From an uncultured Nitrososphaerota archaeon (GTDB lineage: Archaea; Korarchaeota; Korarchaeia; Korarchaeales; Korarchaeaceae): a DNA stretch of 22,838 nucleotides. Under the pieces are notes generated by a model. The model made no database searches. It was not told where the DNA came from and was given only the letters and a program-made list of their open reading frames with translations. Positions 7,929 through 14,417 of the stretch are shown one piece after another; within the stretch, counting starts at the first letter, position 1; each line of letters begins with the position of its first letter. Location: NCBI GenBank assembly GCA_964480775.1, contig CAYZRF010000027.1, positions 1-22,838 of the forward strand. The letters are read 5' to 3'. Both the position numbers and the translations under genes were made by a program.

Positions 7929-9131
7929 ATGGTTGAGATAGCAAAGGTAAGGCTAGATCCCAAAAAATGCCATAACTGTGGGTTCTGCAGAACAGTCAGT
8001 TTGTGTCCCAGCCCCAAAGACTGCATCGGGTGTTTCGTCTGCGTTTGGTCCTGTCCATATGAAGCTAGAGTCCCTTACAAACATAAATCTGATGAAACTG
8101 TCGTGATAAAGATAGATGGCACTAAATATGAAGTCCCTAGATGGATCACGCTTAAGAGAGCCCTTGAAATTTCAGGCTATGAAATTGGTGCCTTTCCAGG
8201 AGAGGGCAAGGTTAGTGCTCCTTGCTCCCTAGGAGGCTGCTACTCCTGTCTTGTAGAGGCCGATGGAAGATTTGTCAGAGCCTGTATCGCTCCTGTAAGA
8301 GAAGGAATGGAGATCTTCACAAATAAAGAGTCTCCAGCCCTCAGAATAGTTCATGGCTCTGCCTCGCATTCCGTCGGAGGCAAAGCAACCCCTTGGTGGA
8401 TTAAGGGAGATAGATACATAGAGGTGGCCATCTGGACGGCTGGCTGTAACCTTAGGTGTCCACAATGTCAAAACTATCACGTGACTTACGACAACTCAAC
8501 AAAACCAATATCGCCAGAAAAAGCAGTATACGTCTTAACGAGAGATAGGAAGATCTATAGAGTAGATAGAATGGCTGTTTCTGGAGGAGAACCGACAACA
8601 AATAGAAAATGGCTTGTAAAGCTTTTCAAAGAGCTTAAAAAGTTGAATTCAGATGAGAAAGCCAGACTTCATTTGGATAGCAACGGTACGCTGCTTACCA
8701 AGGACTACATTGATAAGCTAATTGAAGTAGGGGTAACTGACATAGGGGTGGAACCAAAAGGCACCAGACTTGAAACTTTCATGAGGATTACTGGCGTTAA
8801 GGACAAAGAACTAGCTTCAAAATACCACAGAACTCAGTGGGAGGCTCTCAAGTATTTAGTTGATCAATATCAAGAAAAAGTCTTCATAGGAGTCGGTTTA
8901 CCATATAACAGGGCTTTGATAAGCTGGGACGAGCTACTAGAGGTTGGTGATAAGATAGCATCCATAAAGTCTGACTTGCAGGTGGTTATATTGGACTACT
9001 TCCCAACTTTCAGGAACAGATCCTTAGTTAGACCCTCTACAGAGGAGATGCTGAAGGTTAAAGAAGCGTTAAATGCCGTTGGTCTGTCTACTGTAATAGT
9101 TCAAACTTCAGCAGGCCATTTTGGTCCCTAA
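7929..9131 (+). CDS. Radical SAM enzyme (PflA/activase-like core) with N-terminal 2x[4Fe-4S] ferredoxin motif and a Fer2_4-type [2Fe-2S]-like domain
   Basis: Numbering from the TTG at 7923. CHNCGFCx5CP plus CIGCFVCVWSCP at aa 16-45. VVIKIDG...CSLGGCYSCLVEADGRFVRACIAPVREGMEIF (Cx4Cx2Cx11C) at aa 60-132. The radical SAM triad CNLRCPQCQN (Cx3Cx2C) at aa 175-184, followed by VSGGEPT. ATG 7929 is preferred over TTG 7923. Confidence 0.85.
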   Translation: MVEIAKVRLDPKKCHNCGFCRTVSLCPSPKDCIGCFVCVWSCPYEARVPYKHKSDETVVIKIDGTKYEVPRWITLKRALEISGYEIGAFPGEGKVSAPCSLGGCYSCLVEADGRFVRACIAPVREGMEIFTNKESPALRIVHGSASHSVGGKATPWWIKGDRYIEVAIWTAGCNLRCPQCQNYHVTYDNSTKPISPEKAVYVLTRDRKIYRVDRMAVSGGEPTTNRKWLVKLFKELKKLNSDEKARLHLDSNGTLLTKDYIDKLIEVGVTDIGVEPKGTRLETFMRITGVKDKELASKYHRTQWEALKYLVDQYQEKVFIGVGLPYNRALISWDELLEVGDKIASIKSDLQVVILDYFPTFRNRSLVRPSTEEMLKVKEALNAVGLSTVIVQTSAGHFGP

Positions 9132-9226
9132 ATGGAAAGCGTTCAACATCAGTGGATGAGTTATTTACTGGCCAAAAAAAGAGGAGGAATGGACTAGATT
9201 ATCCATCCCTCCCACAGGTAGAAGCC

Positions 9227-9270
9227 CCACCTCATCCTTATCACCCCCTTGCAGAGGGTTGATGAGATGG
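9227..9270 (-). other. Candidate structured RNA or regulatory hairpin upstream of dhs
   Basis: CCACCTCATC (9227-9236) pairs with GATGAGATGG (9261-9270) over 10 positions. One position is a C-A mismatch on the plus strand but a G-U wobble on the minus strand. An inner CCCT/AGGG helix is possible. The element abuts the palindrome ATGGAG-C-CTCCAT (9267-9279). Confidence 0.3.
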
Positions 9271-9407
9271 AGCCTCCATGAAATATTGTAATAATATAGG
9301 AAGGGTTATAAATATTTCGCCTTATTACATAGGCATGTCTATTTTCCATCGATGACTGTAGCATCGTTTTAAGATCAAACTCCATCCTCTTACTGGTGCT
9401 TCTGATA

Positions 9408-10340
9408 ATGGATAGCAAGGAAATCAGGGATGTACGACTGAAAGCTGAAATAAGCGTCGCTGAGCTTGTTTCTCAGATGAGCAATGCTGGATTTCAGGGG
9501 ACGGAATTAGGTAAGGCTGTAGAGGTAATTAAAAGGATGAAAAAGGAGAAAGCAACCGTTTTCCTCTGCTTTACGGCAAACATGGTTGCTTCTGGGCTCA
9601 GAGGGGTTTTTGCAGACCTTGCGAGAGTACATTTTATTGACGTCATAATTTCGACGGGCGGAGCAATAGATCACGATTTGATCAAGGCTTACAAACACTA
9701 TGAGATTGGTAGCTTTGATTTAGATGACAAAGAACTTCACAAGGCGGGCATTAACAGACTGGGCAACATCTTGATATCAAACGACAGGTACGAACTTCTA
9801 GAGCAACTCGTTCAGCCAATTTTCCTTAACATAATGGAAAAAGGAGGTACTGTTTCTCCATCCGAATTATGCAGAGAAATTGGACTTAGCATTAAGGACG
9901 AAGGATCTTTTCTGTACTGGGCTTCAAAAAATAAAATTCCTGTTTTCTGCCCAGGAATCACGGACTCAGCAATAGGGATGCAGGCTTTCTTCTTTAAGCA
10001 GGACAACCCCGACTTCAGGATAGATGTTACGGCAGACATGAAACAACTTGCAGACATAGTTTTTGAGGCGGAAAAAACAGGTGCTATGATCTTGGGGGGA
10101 GGGATAGCGAAGCATTACGCCATTGGAGCCAACCTCCTGAGGGAAGGCTTGGACTATGCTGTCTATGTCACAACCGCAGTACATTGGGACGGCTCTCTGT
10201 CTGGGGCTAGAACAAGGGAGGCAATATCTTGGGGGAAAATCAGGGAGATAGCAAGTCACGTTACTGTGCACGGTGATGCTGTAATCATATTTCCACTGAT
10301 GATGGCTAAGGTCTTCAGCGATCTAGGAATTCGGTTGTGA
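9408..10340 (+). CDS. dys: Deoxyhypusine synthase
   Basis: Motifs include FLCFTANMVASGLRG, STGGAIDHD, GGGIAKHY and EAISWGKI (catalytic Lys context), collinear with DHS. ATG 9408 is preferred over GTG 9396, because the GGTG containing that GTG would then act as the SD about 9 nt upstream. Confidence 0.9.
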   Translation: MDSKEIRDVRLKAEISVAELVSQMSNAGFQGTELGKAVEVIKRMKKEKATVFLCFTANMVASGLRGVFADLARVHFIDVIISTGGAIDHDLIKAYKHYEIGSFDLDDKELHKAGINRLGNILISNDRYELLEQLVQPIFLNIMEKGGTVSPSELCREIGLSIKDEGSFLYWASKNKIPVFCPGITDSAIGMQAFFFKQDNPDFRIDVTADMKQLADIVFEAEKTGAMILGGGIAKHYAIGANLLREGLDYAVYVTTAVHWDGSLSGARTREAISWGKIREIASHVTVHGDAVIIFPLMMAKVFSDLGIRL

Positions 10341-10350
10341 GGGAATGTAG

Positions 10351-10896
10351 TTGACAAAATTACCCTTGATTGTATTAACCGCCCCTTCCCTTGGATTCCT
10401 AACGAAGCTTGTGGACTTAGAGGTTGATGAAAACGTAGATCTCAAGGGATTGGGCAATTTATTTGCCCTACTTTATGGTTTAATTATGATATTCACCATT
10501 AGAATGCTGTCGGATCTATCTTCACTTATCTTTGCTGTTATAATTGCAGTCGTATCAGCAGGAAAAATAGACAACCTTTCGCATGGTATGGGGGTTGGCA
10601 CAGCCTTGGCAGGAACGTTAGTTCTAGGTGTGCCATCAATAAACCGATTTCCTTTTTTGCTTTTCCTATCAACAGCACTTCTAGATGAGATTTCAAGTGA
10701 TTTAGCTGATTTTGAATGGATAACTGGTCGTTTTAGCGCTTTTCTTAAGACTAGACCTTTTTTAGAGATTTCTACTATTGCTTACTCGATATATGCCGGG
10801 AACATAGGATTCTGGATCTTCATATTCATATACGACGTCTCTTATCAGATAACAAGCAAGATAGCCCGGTATAGGTTACCTAATAAAGTGAACTAA
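10351..10896 (+). CDS. Uncharacterised polytopic membrane protein, co-oriented and tightly spaced after dhs
   Basis: 181 aa with about 5 hydrophobic segments. The TTG start is 10 nt after the dhs stop and is preceded by GAGGGAA. I recognise no family motif. Confidence 0.5.
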   Translation: MTKLPLIVLTAPSLGFLTKLVDLEVDENVDLKGLGNLFALLYGLIMIFTIRMLSDLSSLIFAVIIAVVSAGKIDNLSHGMGVGTALAGTLVLGVPSINRFPFLLFLSTALLDEISSDLADFEWITGRFSAFLKTRPFLEISTIAYSIYAGNIGFWIFIFIYDVSYQITSKIARYRLPNKVN

Positions 10897-10897
10897 A

Positions 10898-11365
10898 ATG
10901 CCTAAAATAGATTTGGCTGAGAGAGTCATTGCTAATATAGCCTTATATCCAAAAGAACGGATTCTGTTGGCAGAATCAAATGTAAAAATGATTTTCAGAG
11001 GCGGGATCAGGAGATATCCTAGGGGACCTCCTGAATTATCCACAAAACTTGAAGGGTGGACTATAAAACCCAACGGTGTGCTATTCTTGACAAACAAGAG
11101 GATAATATTTGCAATCGAAGGAAGGAAATTCTTGTTGCTTAGAGCCCCTGAGGTTCTTTTTGAGGCACCATTATCCAAGATTTACTCGGTTGGTATAGCC
11201 GAGGGTGAAATACGCGAGCTTGTAATTTCCCTTGAAACAGGAACTTGGCGCAAGGACAAGTTTTACTTCAGCGTAAAGGATCCTGACAGCTGGATTAAGA
11301 GCATTAATGAGCTTCTCTTTCGAGAGAAGAAAGAAAAGGATAATAAACAGGCCATTTCTCGATAA
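10898..11365 (+). CDS. Small soluble protein with PH-like (GRAM/bPH-type) fold signature
   Basis: 155 aa. The ATG lies 1 nt after the previous stop. ERILLAESNVKMIF...GVLFLTNKRIIFAIEG...KIYSV resembles the G-x-L-x-LT-x-x-R-[IL]-x-F core of GRAM/bacterial PH domains. The assignment is tentative. Confidence 0.5.
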   Translation: MPKIDLAERVIANIALYPKERILLAESNVKMIFRGGIRRYPRGPPELSTKLEGWTIKPNGVLFLTNKRIIFAIEGRKFLLLRAPEVLFEAPLSKIYSVGIAEGEIRELVISLETGTWRKDKFYFSVKDPDSWIKSINELLFREKKEKDNKQAISR

Positions 11366-11489
11366 TAGCGTACATTTAATGAGAGAAAAGTCTTCGAATG
11401 CTCAACTGGTATCATGAGGTTTGTTGGTAGTTGTTTGGGTCGAACGCAAAATATTATTTAGAATTTCGCGTTAACATTATAGGTCAATT

Positions 11490-11975
11490 ATGGAGGAATT
11501 GAGAAAGATTTTATCGGATTTGAAATCTGTGGACGGGGTAACTGGTATTATACTGATTTCTCCAGAGGGCTTGGCGATGGCTAGCGACCTTCCTGAAGCC
11601 GTAGATCCAGATCTCTTTAGTGCAACTGCAGTAACAGTCTTTACCGCATGTGAAAAGACTATTGGTGGAATAGATTTTGGGAAGCCATCAATGATATCCA
11701 TAGAGGCTGATGAGGGCAAAATATTCCTCATTAATTGCGGCGAGGGAATCCTAGGAGTTTTATCGGATAACAGGGTTAACCTTGGACTCCTTAGGATAAT
11801 GCTGAACAAGACCTCTAGGAAAGTGATGGATACATTGAGCGGCGTTTTAGGTGAAGAGTTGAAAGAAAAGCTACCAGAGGAAGAAAAAGTATTAGAAGAG
11901 GAAAGAGAGGAAGAAGAAGGGGAAGAGGAAGGGGAAAGCTATCAACCTTCAGAGTACGGACCGACAGGCTTCTAG
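11490..11975 (+). CDS. Roadblock/LC7 (MglB-like) domain protein with acidic C-terminal tail
   Basis: LKSVDGVTGIILISPEGLAMASDLP...ISIEADEGKIFLINCGEGILGVLSD is the typical Roadblock/LC7 pattern. The tail EEKVLEEEREEEEGEEEGE is low-complexity and acidic. Confidence 0.8.
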   Translation: MEELRKILSDLKSVDGVTGIILISPEGLAMASDLPEAVDPDLFSATAVTVFTACEKTIGGIDFGKPSMISIEADEGKIFLINCGEGILGVLSDNRVNLGLLRIMLNKTSRKVMDTLSGVLGEELKEKLPEEEKVLEEEREEEEGEEEGESYQPSEYGPTGF

Positions 11976-12154
11976 AACTTTGGTGCATGAGATCAATCTT
12001 CGTATCTACACCAACCCTATTGAGTACTCTAAATGGCTTTTGTTGGATTCGGTAGCTAAAGAGGTTAATGTTGAGATTGACCCTATAGGGAGATACGAAA
12101 GATCCTAACGCTTTATATGACTTGACAAAAAGCTTCTATCACTCCAAAATTGCT

Positions 12155-13267
12155 CTAAATTAAGTACTTGAGAACATGACATTTAAGGTTGCCGTATAGT
12201 ACCTCTCTCCTTTCAAGAGGCTTTAGTTGAAATATCTTTTCAAACCAATTGTTTCCAACTATAAGAACAACCCAAGTCCCTTTTAGCTTTCTAATTCGCT
12301 CTGAAAATCCTTCATAAAGCCTTAAAGTAGCCCTTTTATTTGCTATTCTTAACCCATATGGCGGATTTGTTACAATGAACTCTGGTTTTGGTACGTAATC
12401 CCATTTTGTCGCATCACCCTGTAAGATCTTTATCGTATCTATGACCCCAGCACTTTTTGCGTTCATAACAGCCCCTTCAACATGTTTCCGGTATTTTTCA
12501 AGCCCCCATATATCGTACTTATTTCCATTCACGTTTGATAAAGCAGCTTCCTTTACCTCTGAAATAACCGAGGGGTCCAAAAAGTGAAGTTTTTCAAAGG
12601 CAAATCTTCTTCGAAAGCTACCTGGAGGAATGTTTCTAGCCATAAGGGCGGCTTCTATAACAATGGTGCCTCCTCCACACATTGGATCCAATAGAAACCT
12701 ATCTGGTTTCCAGCTGGATAGTTTTAGAAGACAACAAGCCATTGTTGGTTTAATCGGGGCCGGATGTTGATATATTCTATATCCTCTCTTAGCTAAGGCT
12801 TCACCTGACGTATTAATTCCTAAAATAATCTCGTTTTCTCTCACTAGTGCTTGAACTTCTACATCTGGGTGCTCTAGGTCTACTTTTAGTCTAAAGCCCT
12901 TATGTTCCAAGTAAGAATCTATTATCGCCTTTCCCACTACTCTTGCTACGTCCAGGCTGGTGAAATCGTGAATTCCATGTCTCGTAGCCTTTACAGCAAA
13001 TGTCTGCTCTGGTCTTATGTAGTCCGAAATCTCTACACTCTTAGAGTAAGAATATATATCGCGGAGATCATCAAATTTCTCTTTCAAGAGAAGGATAAAG
13101 ATCCTATTTGCACATCTAGAAAGGTAATTGAGTTTCGGTATTAGTTCAGGATCCCCCTCAAAGAAAACCTTGTTCACATCAACTTTGCATCTCACGCCTG
13201 CAAGCTCCTCTATCTCTCTAGCAACAATATCTTCAAGGCCTAAAGTCGCTGTAGCGTAGAAGTGCAT
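12155..13267 (-). CDS. THUMP-domain SAM-dependent N2-guanine tRNA methyltransferase (Trm14/TrmN-like)
   Basis: The N-terminal FYATATLGLEDIVAREI...FAVKATRHG resembles a ferredoxin-like plus THUMP module. Motif I is LLDPMCGGGTIVIEAA and motif IV is VTNPPYG (NPPY as in Trm14/RlmL, rather than the DPPY I recall for Trm11). The ORF track extends to 13408, but the first 47 aa look non-proteinaceous. ATG 13267 gives the expected N-terminus and has a TTTATTAAA TATA-like box upstream on the minus strand. Confidence 0.8.
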   Translation of the reverse strand: MHFYATATLGLEDIVAREIEELAGVRCKVDVNKVFFEGDPELIPKLNYLSRCANRIFILLLKEKFDDLRDIYSYSKSVEISDYIRPEQTFAVKATRHGIHDFTSLDVARVVGKAIIDSYLEHKGFRLKVDLEHPDVEVQALVRENEIILGINTSGEALAKRGYRIYQHPAPIKPTMACCLLKLSSWKPDRFLLDPMCGGGTIVIEAALMARNIPPGSFRRRFAFEKLHFLDPSVISEVKEAALSNVNGNKYDIWGLEKYRKHVEGAVMNAKSAGVIDTIKILQGDATKWDYVPKPEFIVTNPPYGLRIANKRATLRLYEGFSERIRKLKGTWVVLIVGNNWFEKIFQLKPLERREVLYGNLKCHVLKYLI

Positions 13268-13370
13268 TCCCTTATTTAAATAACTCAGGAGCTGAAAAAA
13301 TTTAATAAATGGAGAAATCATTCTATTAATAGGAGAGGTAGGTAAGACAAAATAGATCAACTCACTTTTT

Positions 13371-13393
13371 AGACGCGTGAAAAACACGCGTCT
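13371..13393. promoter_or_regulatory. Perfect 9-bp inverted repeat AGACGCGTG-AAAAA-CACGCGTCT in a divergent promoter spacer
   Basis: Read directly from the sequence. It is a GC-rich palindrome inside an AT-rich spacer, between the minus-strand methyltransferase (start 13267) and the plus-strand cytidylyltransferase (start 13465). Confidence 0.4.
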
Positions 13394-13464
13394 ATTCAAA
13401 AAACCCAACTCTACGTTAATTACACAAAAATCCTATCTCTTGTCAATTTTCGAGGTGATAAAAA

Positions 13465-14235
13465 ATGAAAATAAAAGAGGGTGTCATTATTGCGGCTGGT
13501 TTGGGAAAACGTTTGGGCCTTGGAATTCCCAAAGCTCTCGTAAGGGTGGCTGGAGCGCCACTTCTTTCATGGACTCTGTGGACGTTTAAGAAGCTTGGAA
13601 TAAAGAAAGCCTTTATCGTAGTCGGATACAAGGCTCACAAAATAAAGTCTCTATTCTCCCACCCTAAAAACGCGCACGGATTAGATGTGGAGTTTATTTA
13701 CAATCCCTACTTTAGAAACGGGAACGGGTTCTCTGTCTTAAGAGCAGAAGGATATGTCGACGGCAAATTCCTGTTGTCTGTTGTCGATCATATATTTGAC
13801 CCGAGGAGTCTTAGGGGGCTCTTACACTCTTACGGTAGCGACTTAGTCATAGCAGTTGATTCAAAACCTAAGCATATAGATCCTCGAGAGGCTACAAAGG
13901 TTAGGCTTGTAGGCAAAAGGGTGTTAGAAATAGGGAAGGAAATTTGGCCTTATGACGCCGTCGACTGCGGCATATTTGCATGCACTTCTGCCATCTTCCC
14001 AGTAGTAGCCGAGGCCATTGAGCTAGGAATGGAGGAATGGAACGATGCGAAACAGATTTTGGCCAATAAGAAGAGAGTAACATCTTATGACATTAAGGGA
14101 TCGTTCTGGCTTGATGTAGATGTACCTTCAGATTTAAAGCGAGCGAGGAATCTTGTCAGAAGGGTCTTGGGCACGATTCCAATACCAAAATATGTAGAGA
14201 CCGAGAGTTCGATAGAAGAAATAGAAAAGATTTAA
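13465..14235 (+). CDS. NTP-transferase-fold cytidylyltransferase, resembling CTP:inositol-1-phosphate cytidylyltransferase (IPCT)
   Basis: GVIIAAGLGKRLG..PKALVRVAGAPLL (nucleotide-binding loop), NPYFRNGNGFSV, LLSVVDHIF, ATKVRL.GKRVLEIGKE...DAVDCGIF and FWLDVDVPSDL. The order and wording resemble my recollection of the IPCT half of the archaeal IPCT/DIPPS enzyme. LicC-like phosphocholine cytidylyltransferase cannot be excluded. GAGGTGAT lies upstream of the ATG. Confidence 0.7.
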   Translation: MKIKEGVIIAAGLGKRLGLGIPKALVRVAGAPLLSWTLWTFKKLGIKKAFIVVGYKAHKIKSLFSHPKNAHGLDVEFIYNPYFRNGNGFSVLRAEGYVDGKFLLSVVDHIFDPRSLRGLLHSYGSDLVIAVDSKPKHIDPREATKVRLVGKRVLEIGKEIWPYDAVDCGIFACTSAIFPVVAEAIELGMEEWNDAKQILANKKRVTSYDIKGSFWLDVDVPSDLKRARNLVRRVLGTIPIPKYVETESSIEEIEKI

Positions 14236-14380
14236 GGGAAAAACTAACCCCCTTTCTTGTTTTGAATATCTGATTAAATTCCAATCTTCCAAGGTATTTG
14301 AGCATCATAATAGAAAAAGAGAGGATAACCCCTCTTGCTCTTACAGAATAGAACGCTTATAGGGTTATCTCATAGGTTTC

Positions 14381-14394
14381 TTTATACTTAATAT
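14381..14394 (+). promoter_or_regulatory. TATA-like box for the KaiC/GvpD-like gene
   Basis: TTTATACTTAATAT lies about 25-37 nt upstream of ATG 14418. No SD motif is present, which is consistent with a short-leader or leaderless archaeal transcript. Confidence 0.3.
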
Positions 14395-14417
14395 GAAGTA
14401 ACAAGCTCTAATTTTTA

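Noticed and set aside
9194-9418. 74-aa minus-strand ORF filling the spacer between the radical SAM gene and dhs.
   Set aside because: It has no SD or TATA context and no motifs. Its Trp/Arg-rich odd composition ends in ...MRWGFYLWEGWII, and it overlaps the dhs start. It is more likely non-coding DNA that happens to be open. The structured element inside it is reported separately.
11395-11450. tRNA-like fragments: GCTCAACTGGTA (D-loop-like) and GGGTCGAAC (T-loop-like) in the spacer upstream of the Roadblock gene.
   Set aside because: I could not build an acceptor stem, an anticodon stem (TTTGT/TGTTT are not complementary) or a T-stem. The resemblance is superficial.
11983-12108. Small GTG-start ORF (VHEINLRIYTNPIEYSKWLLLDSVAKEVNVEIDPIGRYERS) just downstream of the Roadblock gene. 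It contains the 10-bp palindrome CCCTATAGGG (12081-12090).
   Set aside because: The translation looks protein-like, but there is no ATG or SD, it is only about 41 codons, and I recognise no family. I cannot support it as a gene without conservation data.
13268-13408. 47-codon N-terminal extension of the THUMP methyltransferase ORF, and similarly the 50-codon Trp-rich extension of the ACT-V4R ORF at 16623-16772.
   Set aside because: The extensions lack similarity to the expected family N-termini and have an odd composition. They would also swallow the TATA-like boxes and palindromes. Internal ATGs (13267 and 16622) give canonical domain starts, and 16622 has a GGGAGA SD.
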